DNA of 47,283 bases from Ignavibacteriaceae bacterium (GCA_025449775.1 JANWIS010000066.1:1-47283); one strand, 5' to 3'. Shown: positions 9,042 through 19,304, counted from the stretch's first letter. Numbers and translations: made by a program. Notes: a model not told the origin generated them from the letters alone.

Positions 9042-12000
9042 ATGCAGATAAAAAGATTATTTACTACCGCTGGTAAAGACCCCTTCTCTTCAATCAAATT
9101 TGTTAAAAGAAAATCAGAAATTAAAAATCCGGATGGATCAATAGTTTTCCGGATGGATGATGTTTCTGTTCCGGAAAGCTGGTCTCAGGTTGCTACAGAT
9201 ATTATCGCACAGAAATATTTCCGTAAAGCCGGAATTCCCGCTTCGCTCATAAAAGTGGAAGAAGCAGGAATCCCGGAATGGCTAAGACCTTCTGTTCCAG
9301 ATAAAGAAAAACTGGTTTTGCTTCCTGAGGAAGTTCGATACACTGCTGAACGTGATTCGAGAGAAGTATTTCATCGGTTAGCTGGGTGCTGGACGTACTG
9401 GGGCTGGAAAGGTGATTATTTCGATACTGAGGATGATGCAAAATCATTCTACGATGAACTTTCATATATGCTAGCAACTCAAATGGCGGCACCGAATAGT
9501 CCTCAATGGTTTAATACCGGGCTTAACTGGGCATATGGTATTACAGGACCTTCACAAGGACATTATTATGTAGATTATCAAACGGGTGAAATGGTTTCTT
9601 CAAGCGATGCGTACACTCATCCGCAACCTCATGCGTGTTTTATACAATCCATTAATGATGACCTGGTTAATGAAGGTGGAATAATGGATTTGTGGGTTCG
9701 TGAAGCAAGATTATTTAAATACGGTTCAGGAACCGGTTCAAATTTTTCTGCTCTTAGAGGATTGAATGAACCATTAAGCGGTGGTGGAAAATCTTCTGGA
9801 CTTATGTCTTTTCTTAAAATTGGTGACCGTTCTGCAGGAGCGATTAAATCGGGTGGAACAACCAGACGTGCGGCAAAAATGGTTACATTAGATCTCGATC
9901 ACCCGGATATAGAAGAATATATAAACTGGAAAGTAATTGAAGAACAAAAGGTAGCTTCACTTGTAGCCGGTTCAAAACAAGTAAGCTTCCATCTGAATAA
10001 TATAATGAAAGCCTGTTACTCCGAACATCCTGAAAATGACAGGTTTAATAAACAAGAAAACAGAAAGCTGAAATTGGCTGTGCTCGAAGCCCGACGGGCA
10101 ATGGTTCCGAATAGTTATATAGAACGTGTGATTCAGCTTGCAAAACAGGGTTTCAAATCAATAGACTTTCCTACATATGATGTTGATTGGAATTCTAATG
10201 CTTATGCGACGGTATCGGGGCAGAATTCTAATAATTCGGTTCGAGTTACAAATGATTTTATGAATGCAGTACTTGATGATGAAGATTGGAATCTTTACTG
10301 GCGTATTGAAAAAAGAAAAGCCACAGAGGAAAAGAGAAACCCGAAACCTTGTAAAACTTTAAGAGCAAGAGATCTCTGGAATGATATTTCTTATGCTGCA
10401 TGGTCATCTGCCGATCCCGGACTTCAATTCCACACTACAATAAATGAATGGCATACCTGTCCGGATAGCGGAGAAATAAAAGCTTCAAATCCTTGTAGTG
10501 AATATATGTTCCTTGATGATACTGCATGCAATCTTGCTTCGATGAACCTGGTAAAATTCTATAGTGTTAAAGAAAAGAAATTTAATATTGATTCATACAG
10601 GCATGCAACACGCCTCTGGACAATTGTTCTTGAAATAAGTGTAATGATGGCTCAGTTCCCAAGCAGAAATATTGCTCGTTTGAGTTATGAATACAGAACA
10701 CTCGGATTGGGTTATGCAAACCTTGGAACATTGCTAATGCTTCAGGGAATTCCTTATGACAGCAATGAAGGATTCGCTATCTGCGGTGCTTTAACTTCGA
10801 TAATGCATATGTCTTCTTATGCAACCTCTGCTGAAATGAGCAGAGAATTAGGTTCATTCCAGGGCTTCAAACAAAATAAGAAACATATGCTCAAAGTAAT
10901 TCGTAATCATAGACGAGCAGCATATAATGCTTCTAATGAGGAATACGAAAACTTAACTGTCTATCCGGTTGGCATTAATCCAAAATATTGTCCATCTGAT
11001 CTGTTAAAAGCTGCCAGAGAAGATTCCGAGCGTGCACTTGAACTCGGTGAACAATTTGGTTTTAGAAATGCCCAGGTAACCGTTATTGCTCCAACCGGAA
11101 CAATCGGACTGGTTATGGATTGTGATACAACTGGTGTCGAACCAGATTTCTCATTGGTAAAATTCAAAAAGCTTGCTGGTGGAGGATATTTTAAAATAAT
11201 AAATCAATCTATTCCTCCGGCTCTTGAAAGATTGGGATATAATAAAGAACAGATAAATGAAATTGTAAAGTATACCAATGGTCAGGGAACATTAAATGGC
11301 TGCCCATACATCAACCACGAATCATTAATGTCAAAAGGGTTTACAGAAGAAGCAATCATCAAGATTGAAAAGTCACTTCCATCAGCTTTTGAAGTACCCT
11401 TTGCATTTAACAAGTACACACTGGGCACTGAATTTATTGTAGAACGGCTTGGAATTGATGAAGAAAAAATTGATGGATTTTATTTTAATCTTCTGGAAGA
11501 GATCGGATTCTCCAAACAGGAAATTGCAGCAGCAAATGATTATGTATGCGGTACAATGACAATTGAAGGAGCTCCATTCCTTAAACACGAACATTATCCA
11601 GTCTTCGATTGTGCAAACAAATGCGGTAAAAGAGGAACAAGATTCATCCGTGCATCTGCACACATAAAAATGATGGCAGCAGCTCAACCATTTATTTCAG
11701 GAGCGATTTCGAAAACTATTAACCTTCCTAATCAATCAACGATTGAAGATGTTAAAGATGCATATATGCAATCCTGGAAACTTGGAGTTAAAGCAAATGC
11801 TCTTTACAGGGATGGTTCCAAACTTTCACAGCCATTGAATACACTCAGTGAAGAAGATATCGAAGCATTAATTGAAGATAAAGAAAAGCATGATATAGTA
11901 AAGGTTGCTGAAAAGATTATTCACAGGTATATAGCGAAAAGAAGGAGATTGCCTGACAGAAGATCGGGCTACACACAAAAGGCAAAAATAAATGGTCAGT

Positions 12001-12632
12001 CAGTTTATATAAGAACAGGCGAATATGATAACGGACAGATCGGGGAAATATTTATAGATATGCACAGAGAAGGGGCTGCTTTCAGAAGCTTGCTGAACTG
12101 TTTTGCAATTTCCATTTCTCTTGGATTACAGCACGGTGTACCGCTCGAAGAATTTATTGATGCTTTTGTATTCACGAGGTTTGAACCAAGCGGAATTGTA
12201 ACAGGCAATGAAAAAATAAAGATGGCTACATCTGTAATTGATTATATATTCAGAGAACTTGCAGTTACATATCTCAGCAGAAATGACCTTGCTCATATTG
12301 AACCCGAAGAAATTAAATCCAAAGCTTCATCAGGAATAGTTAAAAAGTTTGCAGAACCGGATTTTATTTCAGAAGAAGTAGTAAGCGAAAGATTAGTAGA
12401 ACTTGATAAAGATAATATTGATTCATTCTCACCTGAAACAAAAAGTACTTCTTCACATCTTAAACGTGAGCCAAGTACAGGCACAAAAACTGATATTCAA
12501 ACACAAGTTAGACTTGCAATTGAAAAAGGTTACACAGGCGATATCTGCTCTGAATGCCAGAGTATGACAATGGTTAGAAACGGAACCTGTTTGAAATGTG
12601 TAACTTGCGGATCCACTTCGGGGTGTAGCTAA
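9042..12632 (+). CDS. nrdJ: Class II (adenosylcobalamin-dependent) ribonucleoside reductase, long form
   Basis: 1196 aa. Active-site stretch [22 protein letters not shown], then [31 protein letters not shown]-like region ([34 protein letters not shown]). C-terminal CxxC..CxxC tail. No ATP-cone at the N-terminus. Confidence 0.92.
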   Translation: MQIKRLFTTAGKDPFSSIKFVKRKSEIKNPDGSIVFRMDDVSVPESWSQVATDIIAQKYFRKAGIPASLIKVEEAGIPEWLRPSVPDKEKLVLLPEEVRYTAERDSREVFHRLAGCWTYWGWKGDYFDTEDDAKSFYDELSYMLATQMAAPNSPQWFNTGLNWAYGITGPSQGHYYVDYQTGEMVSSSDAYTHPQPHACFIQSINDDLVNEGGIMDLWVREARLFKYGSGTGSNFSALRGLNEPLSGGGKSSGLMSFLKIGDRSAGAIKSGGTTRRAAKMVTLDLDHPDIEEYINWKVIEEQKVASLVAGSKQVSFHLNNIMKACYSEHPENDRFNKQENRKLKLAVLEARRAMVPNSYIERVIQLAKQGFKSIDFPTYDVDWNSNAYATVSGQNSNNSVRVTNDFMNAVLDDEDWNLYWRIEKRKATEEKRNPKPCKTLRARDLWNDISYAAWSSADPGLQFHTTINEWHTCPDSGEIKASNPCSEYMFLDDTACNLASMNLVKFYSVKEKKFNIDSYRHATRLWTIVLEISVMMAQFPSRNIARLSYEYRTLGLGYANLGTLLMLQGIPYDSNEGFAICGALTSIMHMSSYATSAEMSRELGSFQGFKQNKKHMLKVIRNHRRAAYNASNEEYENLTVYPVGINPKYCPSDLLKAAREDSERALELGEQFGFRNAQVTVIAPTGTIGLVMDCDTTGVEPDFSLVKFKKLAGGGYFKIINQSIPPALERLGYNKEQINEIVKYTNGQGTLNGCPYINHESLMSKGFTEEAIIKIEKSLPSAFEVPFAFNKYTLGTEFIVERLGIDEEKIDGFYFNLLEEIGFSKQEIAAANDYVCGTMTIEGAPFLKHEHYPVFDCANKCGKRGTRFIRASAHIKMMAAAQPFISGAISKTINLPNQSTIEDVKDAYMQSWKLGVKANALYRDGSKLSQPLNTLSEEDIEALIEDKEKHDIVKVAEKIIHRYIAKRRRLPDRRSGYTQKAKINGQSVYIRTGEYDNGQIGEIFIDMHREGAAFRSLLNCFAISISLGLQHGVPLEEFIDAFVFTRFEPSGIVTGNEKIKMATSVIDYIFRELAVTYLSRNDLAHIEPEEIKSKASSGIVKKFAEPDFISEEVVSERLVELDKDNIDSFSPETKSTSSHLKREPSTGTKTDIQTQVRLAIEKGYTGDICSECQSMTMVRNGTCLKCVTCGSTSGCS

Positions 12633-12653
12633 ACTATTTCACACCCAAAAAAA

Positions 12654-12690
12654 GAAAAGCCGTTCGAATTCAAGAGCGGCTTTTCTATTT
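12654..12690. terminator. Bidirectional rho-independent terminator shared by nrdJ (+) and the NlpC/P60 gene (-)
   Basis: GAAAAGCCG (12654-12662) pairs with CGGCTTTTC (12677-12685). A-run upstream and T-run downstream, so it works on both strands. Confidence 0.7.
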
Positions 12691-12716
12691 AAGGAAATTT
12701 CATTCGGGATGATATT

Positions 12717-13400
12717 TTAAGGACTGCTTGTAATCCCGTTATTCTCAAACCTTCTTGCACCCATATATCGATTCGAGTAATAATCATAATTGAGAGAAGA
12801 GATTGTTACACCGTTTGTCGAGCTTGCGTGTGCAAAAAGATTTTCACCGATATAAATTCCAACGTGACCCGGTTTTACTCTTTTACGGGTATTAAAGAAA
12901 ACCAGATCCCCAATCACAAGATCATCCTTATCAGAAATTTTTGTTCCTTGTGTATATTGAAGACGGGCTGACCGTTCCAATCCAATCTTGAAAACATCTT
13001 TGTAAATATTTTGTGTAAAAGCTGAGCAGTCTATTCCGGCTTTGGTTGTGCCGCCATACTTATAAGGTGTATCAAGATATTTTATTATTTCCATCAGCAT
13101 TACTTCTTTAAGGGTTGTATAATCGAAACCGGCAACATCCGGATCAATAACCGGCTTATCAGAATCCAGTAAACTAGTGACCGAAACTTCGGGCTCTTCT
13201 GAAGGAAGATCACTTGGATCTTTAAAATCGAGATTCAGATCGACAATCATCGTATCATTTTCTGAAGTAAATCTCGGTGAGTATTCTCTTGTATTTTTCT
13301 CTTCATTATTTGAACCGTACCTGCTTGAAGAGCAAGACAGAACAAATAACAAGCTTGAAAGAAGTATGAGAATGCATATTTTTTTCTGATAATTCTGCAA
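12717..13400 (-). CDS. NlpC/P60 family cell-wall peptidase lipoprotein
   Basis: Lipobox LLFVLSCSS. Catalytic Cys motif GIDCSAFTQNIY and His motif PGHVGIYIGE. TTG start at 13398-13400, 2 nt after the sigma-factor stop. Confidence 0.85.
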   Translation of the reverse strand: MQNYQKKICILILLSSLLFVLSCSSSRYGSNNEEKNTREYSPRFTSENDTMIVDLNLDFKDPSDLPSEEPEVSVTSLLDSDKPVIDPDVAGFDYTTLKEVMLMEIIKYLDTPYKYGGTTKAGIDCSAFTQNIYKDVFKIGLERSARLQYTQGTKISDKDDLVIGDLVFFNTRKRVKPGHVGIYIGENLFAHASSTNGVTISSLNYDYYSNRYMGARRFENNGITSSP

Positions 13401-13402
13401 TC

Positions 13403-14257
13403 TTAACCTAAATAATTTTTAAGATCTTTACTCCGGGTTGCATGTCTTAACCGACGGATTGCTTTTTCTTTTATCTGCCGTACTCTTTCACGTGTAAGAT
13501 TGAATCTGTCACCTATTTCTTCCAAGGTCAATGGCTGTTCATCATCCAGACCGAAATAAAGTTTTATTACCTCTGCTTCTCTGTCAGGAAGTTTGGAAAG
13601 TGCTCTCCGTATTTCATCTTTGAGTGATTCAGACATTAAAGTTGTATCAGGAGATGGCAGTTCTTCATTCATCAGAACATCGAGCAAACTATTTTCTTCA
13701 CCTTGTCTGAATGGTGCATCCACTGATAAATGTTTACCCGAAATTTTTAGAGTATCCGATACATCTGAAACATCCATCTCAAGCTCGTTTGCAAGCTCTT
13801 CCGGGCTCGGTTCTCTTTCAAATTCCTGTTCAAGACTGCTATAAGCCTTTCCTATCCTATTTAAAGCACCAACACGGTTTAGAGGTAATCTTACTATTCT
13901 TGATTGTTCTGCGAGTGCCTGGAGGATTGATTGACGAACCCACCAGACTGCATAAGATATGAATTTGAACCCACGGGTTTCATCAAACCGGCGTGCTGCT
14001 TTTATTAAGCCAAGGTTTCCTTCGTTTATCAAATCGCCAAGTGAAAGTCCCTGATTCTGATACTGTTTTGCTACACTCACAACGAATCGTAAATTAGCTC
14101 TTGTAAGTTTTTCAAAAGCTTTTGTATCACCTTGTTTTATTTTGACGGCAAGCTCGACTTCATCCTGCGGAGTTAACAGCTCAACTTTCCCGATTTCCTG
14201 GAAATATATATCAAGAGACTGAGATTCTCTGTTTGTGAACTGCTTTGTTATCTTCAC
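13403..14257 (-). CDS. rpoD: Primary (group 1-like) RNA polymerase sigma factor, short form lacking region 1.1
   Basis: 284 aa, GTG start. Region 2 [37 protein letters not shown], region 3 and region 4 [29 protein letters not shown]. Length and sequence resemble the FCB-group sigma A. Confidence 0.9.
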   Translation of the reverse strand: MKITKQFTNRESQSLDIYFQEIGKVELLTPQDEVELAVKIKQGDTKAFEKLTRANLRFVVSVAKQYQNQGLSLGDLINEGNLGLIKAARRFDETRGFKFISYAVWWVRQSILQALAEQSRIVRLPLNRVGALNRIGKAYSSLEQEFEREPSPEELANELEMDVSDVSDTLKISGKHLSVDAPFRQGEENSLLDVLMNEELPSPDTTLMSESLKDEIRRALSKLPDREAEVIKLYFGLDDEQPLTLEEIGDRFNLTRERVRQIKEKAIRRLRHATRSKDLKNYLG

Positions 14258-14275
14258 TGTTTACCACACGGGTAT

Positions 14276-14539
14276 TTAAGTGTTTATCGTATCAACGATT
14301 CCAACTATTGAAGCATCGACCGGAGCTGAATCCACCGGCAGAGGAATTACGGCTTCAGAAGCCGTTACATAATAAACAATTTCACCGGGACCAGAACCAA
14401 CTGTATCAACAGCAACAATCGGATCATCGGTATTTTTTAATTCTGAATTTAACGGCTGAACGATCATCAGCTTAAAACTTTTTAATGATTCGTATTTCCG
14501 TGTAGCCCAAATATTTCCAATCACTTTTCCTAAAAACAA
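14276..14539 (-). CDS. Bacterial microcompartment vertex protein (BMC-P, EutN/CcmL family), copy 1
   Basis: 87 aa. MFLGKVIG..., AVDTVGSGPGEIV and APVDASIVGIVD align with E. coli EutN (AIDNIGAGTGEWV, SPVDLCVIGIVDE). TTG start, since the upstream in-frame ATG hits a TAG. The GSSAR segment has diverged to TASEAV. Confidence 0.8.
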   Translation of the reverse strand: MFLGKVIGNIWATRKYESLKSFKLMIVQPLNSELKNTDDPIVAVDTVGSGPGEIVYYVTASEAVIPLPVDSAPVDASIVGIVDTINT

Positions 14540-14677
14540 ACTAAGACCTTTTCATTTGAATGGAACATTATTAAAGCATTTTGATATTAAAAAAATATCA
14601 TTCAATAAAGATCGCTGCGTGGATAAACTTTTCATTTTATAATCAAAATCCAAGCCCTATCTTTTTCCCGGCATTTC

Positions 14678-14947
14678 TTATTCAGCAACATCAAGCTTGT
14701 CAACAATTCCCATAATTACCGCATCAACCGGTTTATCTTTCGTAAAACTTGTCATCCTTGAGGAACTTCCGGTGGCAACAAGCACTACTTCACCTTCACC
14801 TGCACCAACACTGTCAACTGCTACAACGAACCGGTCCTTTTCTTTCAGTTTCAGATCGAGTTCGCGAACGATTAAGAATTTTGCTCCGACGAGCTGTTCA
14901 TCTTTTTTTGTTGACCAGACTGTTCCAATTACTTTTCCTAAAAACAT
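14678..14947 (-). CDS. Bacterial microcompartment vertex protein (BMC-P, EutN/CcmL family), copy 2
   Basis: 89 aa, ATG start. AVDSVGAGEGEVVLVATGSSSR and KPVDAVIMGIVD match EutN motifs closely. Confidence 0.85.
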   Translation of the reverse strand: MFLGKVIGTVWSTKKDEQLVGAKFLIVRELDLKLKEKDRFVVAVDSVGAGEGEVVLVATGSSSRMTSFTKDKPVDAVIMGIVDKLDVAE

Positions 14948-15018
14948 TTATTCTCTCAATTCTTGTGGGTAAATTATCATTGATTTATTTTTTTCAATTT
15001 TGATTCGACAGCTACAAT

Positions 15019-16182
15019 TCATTCATCTAAAAAACTTATGCCATTCAGCTTGTTATCAACTTTGAAAAAATCGGCAACAGTTTTTCCAACATCGGAAAAT
15101 GTTTTTCTTACACCGAGATTTTTGCCTGTGATGCTCTTCCTGTAATAAAAAAGCGGAACGTATTCTCTGCTGTGATCGGTACTCGGTGTAGTTGGGTCAT
15201 TCCCGTGATCTGCAGTAATAATCAGCCGGTCGCTTTCATCCAGCTTATCAAGTAATTCAGGTAGAAAATCATCGAATTCTTTAAGCTTGGCTGCAAATCC
15301 TTCTGAATCGTTTCTATGCCCGAAATACACATCGAAATCTACAAGATTTGTAAAAATAAAACTACTGGATGCTTCATCTGCATATTTCAGAATTTTTGTA
15401 CAACCTTCTTCATTTGACTTTGTATTTACCTGTGTTTGAATTCCCCGATAGTTAAAAAGATCGTTTATCTTTCCAACACCAATCGTTTGAATATTATTCT
15501 CGGATAAAATATCAAGAACGGTTGGTTCAGGAGGATTAAGTGAAAAGTCTTTCCGGTTTTTTGTTCGTGTAAAATTACCAGGCTGACCGACAAACGGACG
15601 TGCAATCACTCTTCCAACTTTTAAAGGGTCTGCAAGAACTTTTTCCCTGGTTATAGAACAAATTTCATAAAGCCAATTTAAAGGAATAACTTCTTCATGA
15701 GCTGCGATCTGAAATACTGAATCTGCCGAAGTATAAATAATTGGAAAACCTGTTGACAGATGTTCATTTCCATATTCCTTAATAATTTCAGTACCCGATG
15801 CAGGTTTATTTCCCAAAAAACCTTTGCATCCTGTCTCCTTTAAAAATAAATCAACTAATTTTTTGCTGAAACCATTCGGGAAATAAGTAAAATCTGTTTT
15901 TACATGAAGTCCGGCGAGCTCCCAATGACCTGTTGTAGAATCTTTTCCATTAGATATCTCTGTCATTTTTCCATAAGATGCTAAAGATGGAGACTTCTTC
16001 ATTACTCCATTTATTGGTAGGATATTGCCGAGCCCGAGCTTTTCCAGATTTGGTAACTTCAACCCACCGATTACATCGGCAAGATTACAAAGTGTATTGC
16101 TGCCCTGGTCGTTGTAAAGATTTGCATCCGGCAATTCACCGATACCAACTCCATCTAAAACAATTACATAAAAATTCTTCAT
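15019..16182 (-). CDS. deoB: Phosphopentomutase
   Basis: 387 aa. N-terminus VIVLDGVGIGELPDA, plus ITADHGNDPT and DFDVYFGHRND metal-binding motifs of the DeoB/alkaline-phosphatase superfamily. Confidence 0.9.
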   Translation of the reverse strand: MKNFYVIVLDGVGIGELPDANLYNDQGSNTLCNLADVIGGLKLPNLEKLGLGNILPINGVMKKSPSLASYGKMTEISNGKDSTTGHWELAGLHVKTDFTYFPNGFSKKLVDLFLKETGCKGFLGNKPASGTEIIKEYGNEHLSTGFPIIYTSADSVFQIAAHEEVIPLNWLYEICSITREKVLADPLKVGRVIARPFVGQPGNFTRTKNRKDFSLNPPEPTVLDILSENNIQTIGVGKINDLFNYRGIQTQVNTKSNEEGCTKILKYADEASSSFIFTNLVDFDVYFGHRNDSEGFAAKLKEFDDFLPELLDKLDESDRLIITADHGNDPTTPSTDHSREYVPLFYYRKSITGKNLGVRKTFSDVGKTVADFFKVDNKLNGISFLDE

Positions 16183-16209
16183 TGCAGAAGCCGGATGAAA
16201 TAATTAAAG

Positions 16210-18072
16210 TTAGTTTACGTTCAGTACAGAGTTACCGCCTTTTTCAACTGCTTTAGTCAAAGCAAGAGTTGCGTTATAAATCACTTCATCAACATTATCT
16301 TTATTTGTTGTTGAAGCAATACCGATAGATACTGTAAATGTAGTTTGTTTGGAAACAACTGAGATGGGTTTTCGTGCAATTTTAACTCTCAGCTTTTCAG
16401 CCCAGATGAAAACATTTTTGCTGGATATATTAAAAAAATAAATACCGAACAGTCTTTCATCCAATCTTCCGAAAAGATTTAAAGGGGTCATCTCATCTGA
16501 TATAATTTCTGAGACAACAGATAAAACTTTTGGCAATGGGTTATCATCAAACAATGATTCCTGGTCAATGAAGTCGTCAATTTTAAGCAATGCTAATGTA
16601 CCGGGTACTTCGAGATGCTTTGCTTTTATGAGGTCAGCATTTAGCCGTTCTCTGAAAGCGCTGGAATTAAGAGCCCGGGTTTCAAAATCAACTGATGTCA
16701 GATTCCTCAGCAATTTTTGTGTGGTGTGAGAGTAAATAATGTATGCAAGAATATTTAAAGATTTTTTAAGGAACTGAATGTCCTGGTTACTATATGCATT
16801 TTTTTTCAGGCTCTCGAAACAGATAACCCCATAATTTTGTTTTTCATAGATAAGGGGAATTGCAATAAAAGATCCGTCGAATGATACATCCTCAGACCTT
16901 GAAAATCTTTTATAGTTGCCTGTAGAAGTATCATCAATTTTAACAGGAATGCCTGACACTATTGATTTTCCTACCAGCGTACCGTTCACATCTATTTGAA
17001 GTTCCATCCCTATGTATTTTAATGCAGTTGTATTCTCAACTTTTTCAGTTTTAAAAAGTTTTTCAACCGGATCGAAGTAAATAAATACAAATGCATCCCA
17101 TTTCAATATCATCTTTAAAGCTTCGGGTAAAGCATTGATTAAATCTTTTTCATTCTCGAACTCAATATCGGGTCCGATAATTTTCAGCAAACCTTCCATT
17201 CTCTTTTGAGAAACCGTATCAGAATATTTTTCTTCAAATATTCCGATGAGCATCGTAATTAGTCTAACAAAACGACCGAGCGAATAAATAGTCTCGATTC
17301 CAAAAGCATCCTCAACTTTTGAGTCGATAGCCATTATTGCAATGAGCTCATTATTGTAAAATACCGGAACGCCGGCAAAGCTTCTTATACCTTGAGTTGA
17401 ATCATAATATCTTATAACATCGGCTTCAGCAGCACGGGATATATCTGTAAGCAGTTCCGGCTCGCCTTTTTCGACTATCTTGCTTAACACATCATCCTCA
17501 ATATCAAATTTTCTTTTTGTTAGTTGAGATGAAGATGAAATGAATTTTTCGATGACCAACTTTTCTTTTTTCTTGTTATACCAGAAATAAATTGTCGAGT
17601 GAGCGTTGTAAAGTTCGGTCATCACAATAAGCATTTTCTCGATGACAAAACCGAATTGCTCATCGTGTCCAACACCCGGAGGAAGAGATTCTTTTGCTAT
17701 TTCTTCGAACCGTTCTTTAAGATCGGGAGGTTTTAACGTAGTTTTTGAAACACCGTACTCAGGTCTGTAGTTTTCATCCGTGATCACCTCTATATGTTTA
17801 TTCTTCGAAACTATCTTAAATGATTCTTCATGATCAGAATGATGAGTTACAGCCGGTTCAGTACTCAATTCTTCAACATCGGAAATTGAATAACCGCCCG
17901 AAAACCGGATTGAGTCTCTGAGAAAAATTATAAACGCAACATAGATAACCATCAATGCAATTATTATCAGCCTGATGGTTGTATCTTCAGTGATGAATAA
18001 TCCCAGTGCAAGAAATGGAATGATGAGGAATATTAAAATTCTTTTTCGTTGTCTTTTATCCATCAAATTCAC
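16210..18072 (-). CDS. Membrane-anchored GAF-domain protein with degenerate GGDEF domain
   Basis: Two N-terminal TM helices, then two GAF-like regions. The C-terminal GGDEF fold aligns with PleD (ALLKIDDF.., FTVSIGIAS, KAVEKGGNSV), but GG[DE]EF is replaced by RLDERLF. Start is ambiguous: GTG 18072, TTG 18066 or ATG 18063. Confidence 0.75.
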   Translation of the reverse strand: MNLMDKRQRKRILIFLIIPFLALGLFITEDTTIRLIIIALMVIYVAFIIFLRDSIRFSGGYSISDVEELSTEPAVTHHSDHEESFKIVSKNKHIEVITDENYRPEYGVSKTTLKPPDLKERFEEIAKESLPPGVGHDEQFGFVIEKMLIVMTELYNAHSTIYFWYNKKKEKLVIEKFISSSSQLTKRKFDIEDDVLSKIVEKGEPELLTDISRAAEADVIRYYDSTQGIRSFAGVPVFYNNELIAIMAIDSKVEDAFGIETIYSLGRFVRLITMLIGIFEEKYSDTVSQKRMEGLLKIIGPDIEFENEKDLINALPEALKMILKWDAFVFIYFDPVEKLFKTEKVENTTALKYIGMELQIDVNGTLVGKSIVSGIPVKIDDTSTGNYKRFSRSEDVSFDGSFIAIPLIYEKQNYGVICFESLKKNAYSNQDIQFLKKSLNILAYIIYSHTTQKLLRNLTSVDFETRALNSSAFRERLNADLIKAKHLEVPGTLALLKIDDFIDQESLFDDNPLPKVLSVVSEIISDEMTPLNLFGRLDERLFGIYFFNISSKNVFIWAEKLRVKIARKPISVVSKQTTFTVSIGIASTTNKDNVDEVIYNATLALTKAVEKGGNSVLNVN

Positions 18073-18144
18073 TGTTATAGGAGAATTATTTATTGATTAA
18101 ATAAATTTACCAACTAATTATTAAAAAATAACATTCCAAACAAT

Positions 18145-18729
18145 TTAATAGAATAGTTCCGCAATTCTCTTAAGTACAGATTTTTTCCACTTTTTGTCAA
18201 TCGATGAATAAAGAAATAAGTCCTGATTAAAATTTAAATGTGGAAATTTAGTTAAGACAGCATTAACTGACTTATGAACTTCAGATTGACTTAGCTTGTC
18301 GGCTTTATTCAGGATTAATGTATACTGTTTGTTTTTACTCTCGAGCCATTGATTAAGATTCAGATCAAGTTCAGTTGGTTCATGCCTTGAATCGAGCATA
18401 TGGAATGCATGATACAGATTTTCTGAGCTTAAAATAAATTCCGAAACAAGCTTGCTCCATTTCTGTCGTTCTGATTGACTTGCTTTTGAATATCCGAATC
18501 CCGGAAGATCCACTATATAAAAAACATCATCCACATTATAATAATTTATGGATCTTGTTTTACCGGGTGCTGAACTGGTTTTAGCGAGATTCTTTTTATT
18601 GAAGAGACTGTTTATAAAAGATGATTTACCAACATTCGATCTACCGCAGAGTATTAATTCAGGAAGCTTCACTTCAGGAAGCTCTGAAAATTTAAAAACA
18701 GGTTTTACAAAATGTATTTTATCAAACAT
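18145..18729 (-). CDS. engB: Ribosome-biogenesis GTPase YihA/YsxC
   Basis: G1 GRSNVGKSS, G3 DLPGFGY, G4 NKADK. 194 aa. Confidence 0.9.
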   Translation of the reverse strand: MFDKIHFVKPVFKFSELPEVKLPELILCGRSNVGKSSFINSLFNKKNLAKTSSAPGKTRSINYYNVDDVFYIVDLPGFGYSKASQSERQKWSKLVSEFILSSENLYHAFHMLDSRHEPTELDLNLNQWLESKNKQYTLILNKADKLSQSEVHKSVNAVLTKFPHLNFNQDLFLYSSIDKKWKKSVLKRIAELFY

Positions 18730-18733
18730 CAGA

Positions 18734-18770
18734 AATAAAAAAAGAGTAACCGATAATTCCGATTACTCTT
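18734..18770 (-). terminator. Rho-independent terminator after rplQ (end of alpha operon)
   Basis: Minus strand: AAGAGTAATCGG..loop..CCGGTTACTCTT (8 bp, one mismatch, 2 bp) followed by TTTTTTTATTT. Confidence 0.65.
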
Positions 18771-18794
18771 AATAATACAAAAAAAATGTTATAA

Positions 18795-19286
18795 CTATTT
18801 TTTAGATTCTTCTGCAGCCTGCTGTTCAACCAGCTTATCCTGCTGCTGAGTTTTTTGTCTATCGTTCTTTTGTTTTGCTTTAGCTTCCCTTTTTTCTTTT
18901 TGCTGTTCGGCTCTTGCTGTTACAACTTCATTATAATCCACGAGCTCAAGTATAGCCATTTGTGCTGCATCACCCATCCTGTGTCCCAGCTTTACAACTC
19001 TTGTATAACCGCCTTTTCTTTCCCCGATCTTCGGAACAATCTCTGCGAATAATTCTTTAACAACATCTTTATCTTTAATAACATCCATAACCTGTCTTTT
19101 GGAATGAAGATCACCATGTCTTGCTTTAGTAATCAGCTTTTCGCTGAATCCACGTGTCTCCTTAGCTTTGGCAAGCGTTGTTTTAATTCTTTTATGTTTA
19201 AGAAGAGATGTAATCAAAGAACTAATCGTAGCCTTTCTATGACTTGAAGTCCTGCTTAATTTTCTTCCTTTAACATTGTGTCTCAT
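18795..19286 (-). CDS. rplQ: 50S ribosomal protein L17
   Basis: [19 protein letters not shown]. Track start (TTG 19289) trimmed to the adjacent ATG at 19284-19286. Long K/E/Q-rich C-terminal tail. Confidence 0.95.
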   Translation of the reverse strand: MRHNVKGRKLSRTSSHRKATISSLITSLLKHKRIKTTLAKAKETRGFSEKLITKARHGDLHSKRQVMDVIKDKDVVKELFAEIVPKIGERKGGYTRVVKLGHRMGDAAQMAILELVDYNEVVTARAEQQKEKREAKAKQKNDRQKTQQQDKLVEQQAAEESKK

Positions 19287-19304
19287 CAATTCACCTTTGA
19301 ATAC

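Noticed and set aside
9042-12632. Possible intein accounting for the 1196-aa length of NrdJ
   Set aside because: The active-site stretch [21 protein letters not shown] is uninterrupted, and no intein splice-junction motifs (HN followed by C/S/T) were seen. The extra length matches insertions and the TSCPD region typical of long-form class II RNRs.
14245-15003. Plus-strand ORFs (76-91 aa) antisense to the two EutN-like genes
   Set aside because: The minus-strand frames carry clear EutN/CcmL motifs. The antisense frames are S/T/L/Q-rich with no recognisable domain.
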